Source: Adineta vaga
Lineage: Eukaryota; Animalia; Rotifera
Direction of reading: 5' to 3'
Assembly: GCA_021613535.1 (NCBI GenBank)
Contig: CP075494.1
Location: 10,602,001-10,666,000 of the forward strand
DNA: 64,000 bases
Positions 27,179 through 40,909 of this stretch are shown in pieces; position 1 is the first letter of the stretch; each line of letters begins with the position of its first letter. A program made the translations under genes and the position numbers. The notes below the pieces were generated by a model. It was not told the DNA's origin. It did no database searches and saw only the letters and a list, made by a program, of their open reading frames with translations.

Positions 27179-30100
27179 CGCATACTGTGGACTATCTAGC
27201 CATGAATGTGCCTTGATGTGAATATTTTCTAAAAATAAAAGATGCAAATAATATCAGAATAGATATATATGTGTGTGCAAATTCCTTTCCAATTAAACAA
27301 GCTCCGACAAGACATACAAGAGATAAAAGACAAACTTCGAAATTCTTTATTAAATCACGCACATGCTAATTTCAACGATTTATTTATAACCAATACAAAA
27401 AAAATATATAGAAAAGAATTTCTAGTTCTCGATTACTCGTTCAATTGCTAGTTGCATGTCTAAAATTGCCGAATACAGCCTGTTATTTATCTTTCTGTTT
27501 TAAAGGAAATAAAAATGACATTTATAGACAGATATAATGACAATTACCTTCGAAAAAAAAAAGAGATAAGCTTATTTCTTCAGTCTGTTAATATATCATG
27601 CTCTGTCATACTAATTTTGTGCCATAGTGTTATGTATAGATCTTCTTTTTTTTTCTTTTCCTCTGGCATCATTATAGTAGAGTCTGGTTTCTTCGTTGCA
27701 ATGAATGCACCTTAGTTGGGAGAGAAGAATGCGATTATGATTACTCAATCATATATGTTGTAGTTCTTGTTGTCAGAGATGCATAAGAATAGGGAAAAAA
27801 GCTTTGCTTTATCCTTCAGTTTTCTTCTCTTTCGTCATTCTAACTAATTAATCGATAGGTTTATTGAAGTGAATAATTCAAGAACATCTCTAAGTTCATA
27901 TTTGACTTCTAAAGCTGTTTTTGATAGAAATGTTTTTATTCTAAATATAAACCATCTGTCAAATGTATATTTATAGAAATATTATTTTAAGATGAATTCT
28001 CATTGACAATTATAGAGAAGGTGACACATGGAATAATTGGACTAGAAATGGATGGCATAGGGAACAAAAAGAGGTTATTTGTACTTTTTCGATATAATTG
28101 AAAAACAAAGAAGGAAGAAATTTCAAACATCAATGCATTGTTGTTTTAATTAGATATTTTCTTTCATTTTACACTTGTAAAAAGTATTTCCTACTGTTTT
28201 CTTTTCTATAGCGATTGATCTCCTCGATGATAATTATCTACAAAAATAGACATTCCAAGTAGATAATATCTCTTTTTTTCTTGATAAATATTATCTTAAC
28301 CTAAAACTAAATAACTTTTCTCATACACATATGAATTGCTAATCCAATCTTCTGTCACGATTTTATTCATGTAGAAAATAATTTTCAAATATCTTTTACT
28401 TATCGTCCGTTGTTAAATACTAGATGAATTCGTCTACAAAAAGAAAACAACAATGAGAAAAAGAAAAAACTAACACATGTTAATGGTTTATTATTATCAA
28501 TAAGAGTTTCTTACGTCAATCATAATTTTTAATAGATTCACTTCCATTCTGTTGAAAAAGATGACATGTAAAATATAACGACCGATCTTGCAGGTTTTCC
28601 TTATTGACGTCATACTTATTCTTGTGCTTGTAATGAAACCTGCAGCAAAAAAGATGAGAAGAGTTCACGCATGAACTCGAAAGGATAAACTATCATAGGG
28701 CTAAAACATCAGTGGGATTGTTGGTATTTTTAAATACCAAAGTACTTAAGTTCTCTTTTCTTCGGTTTTACCAGGTAGTTTAATGACACAAATTTTTTTG
28801 TACACACACACGCACGCATTGAAAACAAAATGAGAAAGAAGAAGAAGGAGGAGGAGAAGAAGAAGAAAGATACTGAAGAAAAGGAAGGAAACTCACGAGC
28901 AGAAGGAAAAAGAAATGAGCGCAATGATGATAATGATTAGTACACACTACTTATGTGTATTGACATAAGTTGTAAGAGAAATCTTCGAGAAAAAAGAACG
29001 AAAGAAAGAAAGAAAAACTCGTTTTTCTCAAAATGCCTTTCGAGATATGATTCATAGTTATTAGTGGAAGAATACTAATTTAAGAACAAAAACAAAGCTC
29101 AAATGACACTTGAAATAAACAGAAAATAGAATCATCGATACTTCTTTTAACCATTTACATAGCCAAATATTCATCCAATCAAACGTTTTTTTATGATAAT
29201 TTTTCAAAAATCTAATTATATTTTGTTTCCTGTTCATCAAAGCAAACAAGCCGTAAGTATATATTATTACTAAACGAACGCATATGTTCTTCATCACCTT
29301 TTACTCACATAATAAATAGGTTAGATTCTTTCTGTCCTAATCATAATAATGTAAATAGCTTTGCTCAATTCATATAGACATACTTGCCATATTGTCAAGA
29401 GAAGATTTTTCTCTTTTTCAATCTTTTATTATTTGAAAAAAAGATTCATTCAAACAAACATCTGTTTTCATGATCACTATACACAATAATGTATAAAAAT
29501 AATTTCGTCTATTATTGCCACTCAAATTCTACAATTAATGATCTTTTCAAGAGAAATATCAAGGCAATAATTTCATGATATTTCACATCGACACCGGAAA
29601 TCTTGGTGCACATGAATGTATCGATTAAAACTTATCTATAAATACAACAGAGAACATGTTATTTTTTGAAATATTAACCATGTCATTTCTTTTGTTCAAG
29701 GACACATCTTCTTATTCGTTGATTTTCTTTGATATAGAATTTTTTTTTCTTAAAAATAGAACTTACCATTACGGAAGTTATGAATAATCCAGATGAAATT
29801 ACAGTGAAAAACGAGTACTTATTTTGTTTTGTTATCACTGAAAAATAACAGATGAATTGAAAGGATGAACGTGTTTAATATATTGAACATTTCTATCCAT
29901 TTTTGGCAAGAAGACAATGGACATAAATAACTTTTTTTCTTCTTTCATCAGTCTGACACATTTTTATATCTATATTTAATTTGAAGCGAAGATATTCTTA
30001 GAAAATGATATAGATTATCTATTTGTTACATGAAATTTTTTATAGATAGGTAAACAGATCCGTCGTTTTCATTCGGATTTATAATTTACTCTATGAATTT

Positions 30101-30308
30101 CATGTGTTAATCACTAATAAAAAGAAAAACGTGACTTTATTGAAAAAAATATTAAATGAAATTGGATAGGCAAAGGAACTATCATCTTTTAATCAGTCAA
30201 ACATCGAGAAAATTAGATTGAATTTCAAAATTGTATATTATGAATATAAAATTCTAATTGTCAATCAAGTGCATTCATTCTGATTGATATTTATTTGAAG
30301 AACAAAAA

Positions 30309-30962
30309 TTATTTCCTTGTTTTAATTGATATATTCGTAATTTTAATACAAAGTCTTTCTCCGGAACTTGTTTTAAAATCAATCTGTGCTTGATAACTTC
30401 CAGAAAGTACCCACGAATTGGATTCAATTGTGATAGGAAGTGTAAATGAATGTTCTCCCTGAATAATAAATCGATTAAGATTCAACGAATTTTTCATTTC
30501 ACTACTTACCACTTCCATCGAACAATTACATTGTGTACAAAGAGTACAGAGGTCATCGTATACACATGAACCAATACTTGCACAAGGCACGGGGAAATAT
30601 CCGATGAGAATATTTTTTCGTAATGATAATGTTGTCTATATAAAAATAAGATTGAAGTACTTTTGGATATTGATACAATGTTGTATACAAACTTTGATTG
30701 GATTAGTTAAATTTTGATTAGTATGAATTGTAAAACTGATGGAAATCAAACCAGGAGCGATAATTGGATCTGGATTCACTGTTAGATTGAGAAGTTTTAT
30801 ACCGTTTGCGCTCTTTTCACACTGTTCCCATGATATTCGACTAAAGACGATTGTCTAAAAAAAACTTGTATTTATATATTGATCACTTATGTAATATTTT
30901 ACTATCTGCAGGAATAAAATCAGATGAATCAACATTATAAGAAACGGTGAATTGTCGTTCAT
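30309..30962 (-). CDS. GM2-activator-like ML (MD-2-related lipid recognition) secreted protein, 4 exons
   Basis: Signal peptide, then SWEQC..LNLTVNPDPIIAPG, VPCASIGSCVYDDLC, WVLSGSYQAQ..GERLCIKI, the GM2A pattern. Confidence 0.85.
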
Positions 30963-31371
30963 TTGCTTGCTTACGTGACTGATTGTTTGTACGTCAAGTA
31001 TGTTGTTCTGTCTCTTTTCTTTTTCTTTTCTCGAATAGTCAAGTACTAATCTATCGAGTTTGGCAACTTTATTTATACTAACAGTATGATTCATTCAATG
31101 ACTTTACTCAAACATATCCGTGCCAGGTAATTCTTTTTCTTTCTCTTCCTTAGAAACAAGCATCAAACATCGCTAGAGACATTTTCTAACGCTTCCGGTG
31201 CTTTCCAATGAATGACTCACCTTGTTGACTAGTTACCGAGGATAATCTTTGCCGTATGTTTTTCTAACTTATGGAAAAAAAGTTCTTAAAGTCTATTCAG
31301 AAATGTGATGAGTAATTGTTGATTCAACTATGATTTATTCTATAAAAATTATATTTTTCTCTCGCTTCATG

Positions 31372-34134
31372 TCACTCAGATAAAATATGAATTCGCCCAT
31401 TTGATCCATTAACTTGAATAATTTGACCCGTATGAAATATATTCTTTGCATTTGCAACTCCTACAACAGCTGGTAAACCATATTCTCTTGAAACAATGGC
31501 ACCATGTTGAAGCATTCCGCCCATTTCTAATACTAAAGCACCAGCAATTGGAAATAATGATGTCCAAGCTGGATCCGTTGCTGTACAAACTAAGATCTCA
31601 CCCGGTTGTAATTGTGAATTCATTGGATCATCAACAATACGTACTTTTCCTTCGTAAACACCAGGAGATACTGGACTGCCAAGATATTCTCCTTCCATCA
31701 ATTCGATTTTATTTGAATTTTCATCAGGTATTGTTGTCGCATCATAATATGTTGTTCCATCGGAAAGTAATATCAATGGTACTCGCTTACATAACATTTG
31801 TTTTTCATATTCTGCTCGACGTTGTTCAATTAAAATCTTCCAATAATCTTTTTTATGATAGTTCTTTTGATCCGTATCCAAAGCTAATGAATAGAGTTCA
31901 TCAATATACAGAAAACAAATATCATCACATTGAGAAATAAATTGTTCATTCACTGCTAATTGAGCTTTACGAAAAAGTTCATAACGACATTTACCGAATG
32001 TTTGAATAATTCCATGAAATTTCGGAGACTCACGTAAAGAAAAAAGAATTTTCAATCGACTAAATAAAAAATTCAATAGTGGTTTTTGAATGATTGGCCA
32101 TTTCAATTGTTTTTCAATACGATGAAATGTTTCATAAGCACTTTGTTGACTTTGTTCATGAATTTTATTGATTGCTTTTTCAGGATTGATAATTTTCAAA
32201 TAATTTTTTATTTGTTCGATAATCACCAGTGGTTGTTCTGTCCAACGTTTACGGCCAAGATCAATTTCTCCAATACCACGACAGCCATAAACACGAAAGA
32301 ATTCATTCATTTCAAATTGAATCTGTTTTTCGAATAACTCATGTTTATACATATTCACTAAATAATCTGTCGATTCATTTTCAAATAGACTTCGAACTTC
32401 GCAATTTTCTTTGATTAAAACTGTTAATTTCCAAAGAATAAGATTCATCTCTGTTGTTGGATTCGATTCAACAGCACGTGTTAATGCTAATGCATCAACT
32501 GGATTTTGAGCTAATTTTTGTAGGATTTTTAAACTTATCACACCAGGAGCAATACATGAAACTGCATATTGTGCTAAAAAGGATGGCAATACTGAAAAAA
32601 TCTTTTGAAAATGACGAACACAATCTGTAAAACTTCGATTATGTTCATCAAGAAATCCTTGATCAATAAATTGATGATATTTTTCCATTTGTTGCAAGTA
32701 TAATCTTTTACCATATCGAGGAAAAACAATATTTCGTATTGATCTGATCATAAGTGGAATTATAAATAACATTAAATAGAAATAAGTTTTTATTGATGAA
32801 AATATCGATGGTGATGAAAAGTTTTTTGAACGTTTTACATAAGTAATGATTTGATTCATGCCTGTATCGATCATCGAAAGACCAAAGATTCGTTTTATTG
32901 GTGATGTAAATATACCAGATATATCAATCCACAGACGATTTGCAGCTGATTTAAAAATGGTATGTCGTGATGGATCAGAAGACATATCATCTTGTGCTGA
33001 CGCATGTCGATGAATACCAATCGTTCGAAGAAAATGACCAACTAAAGTGCGAATAGTGCTTTCACCTAATGGCGTCATAGGTTCAAGAAATCCTTGGATA
33101 GTACCAAATGATATCATACATCGTAAACCTGATTGTCCATCAGCATGTATTGGTATTGGAAAGAGAGTTGTAATTGGTCGAGCTTGTAAAATGTATAATT
33201 TTCCTTGAATAAAACTCCATTCTAAATCTTGTGGTCGATGATTATAACTTTTTTCGATTTGTTTAGCTAATATTGCTAATTGAAGAATATATTCATCCGA
33301 TAATGCTTCTAGCATTCTATCATTTTCTTTTGTTACTAAAGTATCCGTTCCACCATGTGATTTACCAATAATTTGAATACTTTTTTCTCCAATAGTTTTC
33401 ATACGAATCTGTGGTTGTTGATTTTCATTGAATATAATTTCGTAATGATCAGGTGTAATTAAACCTGAAACTAATGCTTCACCTAAACCATAGGTTGAGT
33501 CAATAACAACTTCATTTCTTAATCCTGTTATTGGATTAGCAGTAAATGCAACACCAGAAACTTCACTAGGAAGCATTTCTTGTACAACAACAGCAAGTTT
33601 AACAAGTTTATGATCAATATTCGATTTCTTTCGATAAGAAATTGCTCGTGCTGTAAATAATGATGCCCAACATTCTTTGATTTTTTCAATTAAATTCTCT
33701 TTTCTCACATGTAGATACGTATCTTGTTGACCAGCAAAAGAATTCTCAGGTAAATCTTCAGCTGTTGCACTACTTCGTACAGCAACATGAAAATTTCGTT
33801 GATCACTTTTTTCACATAAGCTATCATAAGATTTCAAGATGAAATCAATCATATCATTCGGTAATGTTACACTACATATTGTTGATCTAATATGACTACT
33901 AACATCTTCTAATTCGTTGATATTATCAACATCAACTTGATTAATTGCTGATAAAACTGATTTGACTTGATAATTGTTCAGTACATGTTCATATGCATGC
34001 GTAGTAAGAATAAAAGCGTCAGGAACACGAAATTTTCGTTGGTATAATATTGCTAAATTTGCTCCTTTACCACCAACAGTATCTAGGTCAACAGCATGTT
34101 GATCATTCAAATTGACAACGAATGGCATGGACAT
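31372..34134 (-). CDS. Intronless bacterial-type PEP-synthase-like / rifampicin phosphotransferase (Rph)-family enzyme, 920 aa
   Basis: ATP-grasp motifs VGGKGANL, VAVRSSATAEDLPENSFAGQQDTYL, QDLEW, LQARPITT; central domain MTPLG, YGCRGIGEIDLGRKRWTEQP, LRESPKF; C-terminal His-swivel TDPAWT..GGMLQHGAIVSREYGLPAVVGV. No pyruvate-binding TIM barrel. Confidence 0.9.
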   Translation of the reverse strand: MSMPFVVNLNDQHAVDLDTVGGKGANLAILYQRKFRVPDAFILTTHAYEHVLNNYQVKSVLSAINQVDVDNINELEDVSSHIRSTICSVTLPNDMIDFILKSYDSLCEKSDQRNFHVAVRSSATAEDLPENSFAGQQDTYLHVRKENLIEKIKECWASLFTARAISYRKKSNIDHKLVKLAVVVQEMLPSEVSGVAFTANPITGLRNEVVIDSTYGLGEALVSGLITPDHYEIIFNENQQPQIRMKTIGEKSIQIIGKSHGGTDTLVTKENDRMLEALSDEYILQLAILAKQIEKSYNHRPQDLEWSFIQGKLYILQARPITTLFPIPIHADGQSGLRCMISFGTIQGFLEPMTPLGESTIRTLVGHFLRTIGIHRHASAQDDMSSDPSRHTIFKSAANRLWIDISGIFTSPIKRIFGLSMIDTGMNQIITYVKRSKNFSSPSIFSSIKTYFYLMLFIIPLMIRSIRNIVFPRYGKRLYLQQMEKYHQFIDQGFLDEHNRSFTDCVRHFQKIFSVLPSFLAQYAVSCIAPGVISLKILQKLAQNPVDALALTRAVESNPTTEMNLILWKLTVLIKENCEVRSLFENESTDYLVNMYKHELFEKQIQFEMNEFFRVYGCRGIGEIDLGRKRWTEQPLVIIEQIKNYLKIINPEKAINKIHEQSQQSAYETFHRIEKQLKWPIIQKPLLNFLFSRLKILFSLRESPKFHGIIQTFGKCRYELFRKAQLAVNEQFISQCDDICFLYIDELYSLALDTDQKNYHKKDYWKILIEQRRAEYEKQMLCKRVPLILLSDGTTYYDATTIPDENSNKIELMEGEYLGSPVSPGVYEGKVRIVDDPMNSQLQPGEILVCTATDPAWTSLFPIAGALVLEMGGMLQHGAIVSREYGLPAVVGVANAKNIFHTGQIIQVNGSNGRIHILSE

Positions 34135-34848
34135 ATTTATCGAACCTTTCTATCACGATAACGAATACTGAAATATGAAAATAACTTATTTAAATAGTTT
34201 ATTAAAGACAGAACGTTAGAAACGATGTTTTATATACTCGATACCTTGTCCATGTCATCATACCTCAACGTACTTTTCGAAAAGAAAGAACGCAAAAGCA
34301 AAACAAACCTCATGGCTCATGTTTTATTTCTATTCGAATTGATGTTGACAATAACCTTTTTTTTAAATAAAGAAATTATACATTCACACTCAATTCTAGT
34401 AGTATTGATCAATTTCATAAAGCATTCATTCATTCAAATATTAAGATAAATAGATATATATATATATATATGTATATTTAAGTTTTCAATCCATACGAAA
34501 ACATCGAACTAGCCATGTATATATATATGAGGAAGAAGAAGAAAAAAGGAACGACGCAAGTACTTTTACACAAAACATCGAATATATATATTCAATTGAC
34601 CACAGTGATATATAACTGAATAAAAAGAAGACAAAACTCGTGTGTAATAGAGAGTTATAGATGACTAGAACTACTCGCGCGCATGCATTTCAAATCGTAG
34701 TAATTCTCCGGTAAGAAAAAAAGACAATAAGACATAAATGATCAAGATATACGTACAACCGGAATTCAAACATTCAAACACACTGTACGAACAAAACAAA
34801 GAAAAAGAGAAAGAGGGAGCACTATTGCAAAGATAAAATACAAAAATG

Positions 34849-36903
34849 TTAAATAAAATGTTTATCAATAAAGTCAAGAAAACGTCGCGCATAGATTTCG
34901 GGTCTAACAGTTGATATACCATCTGCATCTGAGCCTGATAATTTTGTTTTTGCAACATGTGCACTCTTTTTTTTCATTCCATAATTTGTTAAAATATCAA
35001 TAAGACCAAGATTATATAATTCTCGACGTGTTGATGCTGAAAAAGAAGGAGATATTCTTGTTTTTCTGCTATTCGAACAAAGATCAAAATTTACATTCGG
35101 CACTTCGCATTCGAAATGGTTCATCAAACGAATTATCGTCACCAATCTGTGTTGGACTTTCTATTCGGAACAAATCAAAAGATTGAATTTGCATGATTAA
35201 ATAAAGATGATATACCTGATCCATCCGAGGAATCATTTCCAGATAAATCTGATGTATTCAAATCTATACCTGATAATTTTCGTTCGCGTTCTAAAATAAT
35301 TCAAACATTTGATATTTTCGAGCTTCTCTCTCTCTCTCTCTATGAGAATTCTTACCGACACCACCTTGATCAAGATCATGAATACCAATTAATAATGAAT
35401 AACCCATTTTATGTTGATTAACAAGAAACTAAAATTTAACATTTCGAGATTATTTTCAAAATCATATTCAACTTACATCAACATCACGTTTAAGTCTTTC
35501 CATAAAAATATGTTTTTGATCAGAGCCTAATTCAATAATACGTTTGGTTTCTAAGAAATCATTATCTTTTAATGTTGGACATGGACTGGATTTTTCCTTA
35601 TCCGATGCACTTCTATCAACAGTTGAACCCTGGAAAGAAAAATATTTTCATTTTTTTTTCTCATTGAAACATTCTGCCGTATTTACTTTAACATCATATT
35701 TGTAATGAATTTTTAATTTACTTGATAAAATATTCCGCATAACTAAGATATAATTCTCTTTATCATCAACAGTTAATCTGTACATAGCATAATAATGAGG
35801 AAGTAATGTATCACCTTGAGTTTCGACAATATACTAAAACGAGAAGAAAAGTTCTTATAAATATTCTCAATTATTTTTCTGTTGATAAAAATTTAATCCG
35901 GATATGAATATTCTTAATGTTTTACATTTCGTGATATTTCCTAAAACACAAGAGAATTGCTTCGAGATCATCGAGTTTAAACAAATGATAAAGGATGTAA
36001 TTACAACTCTTTTCCTGTTTTCTATGTGTATTCCGTTCAATGAATTCTCGTAATCAGTCAAGTTTTCATGACTTTTCATAAATATTTCTTATATGAAAAG
36101 AATACATACTCTGTGATATTCGGGTAGAATATTATGAATTTGTTCGACATCTTCTTTTGAAATGCATCTAAGAACAAAACGACGATCATAAGATTGATAA
36201 TATGTTATATTTGATTTAGCCGAATCATTCAAAGGTATTGGTGGTTCCGTAAGAGAATCCTATGATAAAATTTTCTTGCATTGATTGCGAAGAAGAAAAA
36301 AAGCAATTGACTTACTCGAAAACTACTATCATGCACTTTCCAATACTCTCGAAAAGCTCGAAATACAAGTGGACAATATTCTTTTACTTTAAAATGACTT
36401 GGCATAACTTCCCTAAAATATAAAATCAATCAATCGAATTCTTATTTTTATACAAAGAAATATTTCATCATGCATATTAATAACTCATAATCGGAACTAT
36501 TATTGACATTTCTGTCGCATACGACAATTCTATTAAAAAAAACTTAATCCTATCCTTTCAGAATAGATTAACAAAAAATGTACTATTATCAAATGATAAA
36601 ATATTCATATACGAACTTGTTAAAATTTTGGTTGTCGATACGAATTTTAACGTATGCTTTGAAATGTTCCGGTAAAAGCATAACTGGAATATTGACATTT
36701 TCCAATTCATGAATCTAAATCAAATCATCGTTTGTACTCTTACATTGCATATATATATATATATATAAAGAAAATGAAGAACTTACAGTAAAATTAACAC
36801 CCCACATAAGTACAGAAAGTAGAGGATCATTTGCACGAAATAATTTATGTTTTTGATGGCGTACTTTGAATTTTGACTTCGTCTTTATTTTATGGCCTTC
36901 CAT
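34849..36903 (-). CDS. PIP4K2: Phosphatidylinositol 5-phosphate 4-kinase type 2
   Basis: QKHKLFRANDPLLSVLMWGVN, MPSHFKVKEYCPLVFR, YDVKGSTVDR, TLKDNDF, GYSLLIGIHD, GLIDILTNYGMKKKSAH, ISTVRPEIYARRFLDFI; multi-exon. Confidence 0.93.
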
Positions 36904-37699
36904 CAGTTTTATTCTAGAATAAGATATGTTGAGATGACAGATGAGACTTGATTGAATATGGTAGAAAATAAATGAACACTTCGGACAAGAAAAAGAAGAA
37001 GAATAGAAACAGGAAATATTCAAAGATTTGTTTTGTTTTCGACGCTTTCTATGTCTCTGGTTGGTATCGTATATAGCCTCAAGAAAGATGAATAATCAAT
37101 TATGTAGAAGAAAACCGTCGATAGTTGATAAAATAAAAGCCAATCAAAATTACTAATGAATAATAAATTCATTATTAAAGTTTGATTCGAAGATAAAATA
37201 ATTTAGAAATTATCGAGAAAAATATCAGGTAAACAATTTCAAAATAAACAAAAACATTAGGTTAACCTTCGATAGATGGCGATAGACGCTATATAATGAT
37301 ACGAAAACATTCTTCATCTGTTCGCGCAAAAAGAAAAGCAAGTATAAGCAGTCATTTGGAAGATTAATCGATTTTACAGATGTGTAATAAAGATATCATT
37401 AGTACTTTAAAAGATCTTCTGATTGATTTGACAGAAGAGAAAATATCAAATATATACGAATAATGTTGCTTCAAGACATTCTTTTACCAATATTCTGTAA
37501 ATAATCAAAAACAGCAGCAATGCTATATGTTAGACATAATGTGTATTGAAGCTGCATCAAGAAGTTTTTTTGCTTTCACTCATATTTGAAATCTTTTTTA
37601 TTGATATCGAATAAAGAAGATATTGAAATTTTCTACACACAAAACATATGTCAATAATGAATATATAAATTTAGCGAAAAAAAACAAACAAACAAAATG

Positions 37700-38769
<1,070 letters not shown>

Positions 38770-40909
38770 ATTGTTGCTAAATGAACAAAATACGTATGTA
38801 AAGAATCGCAAAAAGAAAAAGAATCAATGAGCAATGATTAAACTAATCATCATTAAAATAAAATGTATATGTGTGAAAAAATAAAAGAGAGAGTAAGGAA
38901 CAAACAGAAGTTTTCAGCAGGATATCATTTCTCCAAACCTTTGATGCTTTTCATTGTTTTGTAATCGATGAAAATTTTCATCCATATTCAATATTTCGAG
39001 TGGCACAAGTGATAATGATGCGACTTGATCATTAATCTCTTTCCTTTTCTCTCTCGTTCGTTTTTTTTTTCTCTCTTTTCACCAATCATATTTCGTTTCT
39101 CTTTCGGAAATAGATCGTACACGAACGAATTCTTTCAATCATGTCTAAGAATACAACACACATCAAATTTTCTTTTTCTTGTCAAATATTTTATGTGCTT
39201 TGAACATTTTCGGAGATAACAAAGTTTAATAATTAGATAATGATTTTCATTTCGACTCATATCGGACAGAACAATCGAAGTTCATTTCTTGTTGAATTAC
39301 TCAATATTACGAAGACGGATAGAGTATTTAGGAACAGTGGGTTATTAAGTGTTTATAGAAGTGTGAATAAAAAACGAGCAATGTAAGTTATGTTCATATA
39401 TCTTTCACTAAACTTCATTTTAGTTAATCAGATTTATTTCCATTCGATTCAATAACAAATTCATTGATATGAATCGAAAATTTATCATTTTCAATGATTG
39501 CAATTAATTGAATATTGAAGATGGGTATTTGTCCGAAAAAGATGATACATTGAAAGTGTCAAGAAGTATCAACAAATAAAAAAAAGGAAGAAGAGATATT
39601 TCATTTTAGATCTCACACATTAAAAATAAATGATAATAAACCAAATGATGTCCACATTCTCCGTCTCTATGACACTTCACTGATCTTCTTTTCAATAAAT
39701 CACGAAATGTTTGGTTTCTCTCGTCGATGATAGTGATTGGCATCGTTTAGAACATTCGACTATCCAAAAATGAAATGAATGAGAACATCAGCACGCACAT
39801 AGACAATCCAACAAGCAAATCACCGGAACGCAATGAGTTGACTACTAATCGATCTATACACATGCTGTTTGTTTGTATAGCAAGAAAAAAAAAGAGTTCA
39901 TCTTCATCTAATCTACTTACTATGTATCTATCTTCAACGAAACATGGTTCGATGCAAATGTCAAACGTGTCTATTTACGTACATAGATTGTTAATGATTG
40001 AATACAAGGCGAAAAAAAACTACTGTATATTAACGGCTTGATATAATATACAAAAAAAAATCTTCTTCATCATTCTTTTTTTCTTGCTTTACATCACTAA
40101 TTAAACTGTACATCAAGAGATAACGAACTGTATAATCTTTTTTTTTTCAAAATTATGTTGATTGTTGAGACAACTACGCCTAGAGGGATTGATGTGTATG
40201 TGCATATACATATATATATATAACGTCATTTAACTTGACAATTTTGATTGCGTCAACAACAAGAGAAAAAGGAGAAATGATCGTCGTTAACACTTAGATA
40301 CCTGCTGTGTATTCGTCGTCTTTAAGATGACACTCGTCATGATAACGGATCACTATTCGATCCCCAATGACTTCTCGATAGTTAGAAAAAGATGAAGAAC
40401 ACTCTTGGACATGTATTATTTCGTCATTGCTAGTTCGAAAAAATGACAATGATGATTATATCAGTCTGCGAATAGAAGAAATAAGAAACCGACAAATTAT
40501 TGACAGAACGAATTCATCAGCAGAATTGAAAAATGAAGGACACTTTTCCTACATTGTCAATCTAGATATGTCAAAAATAAATGTTCATAAACTTTTTATA
40601 GATTGAGTTTTACATTTAATGATAAAATAAAACCAAGTAGTTCACAATACACAGTTGGATAACTCAGGAAGTAAAATTATTTCCTCTCACTTTTAGTCAT
40701 TTGCAAATAATTTAAATTTCTTTTAAATTACGAACATTTTGACATTTCAAATATATTCTAATTATATTTTGTTTGATTTGAAAGTATAAATAGAAATAAA
40801 TGTCATTTTTATCTGATCAATAGTGTTTTGTATTTTTGAACAAAAAAAAAGAAGAAGAAGCAAAATAAAATATATAAGAGAGATGAAAAAGAAAAGCCAC
40901 ATTATCAAT

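Noticed and set aside
31446-32414. Plus-strand ORFs inside the Rph-like gene
   Set aside because: Antisense shadows of a real coding frame. The same applies to short ORFs overlapping UNC-45, WDR90, NeuroD and KCNQ1.
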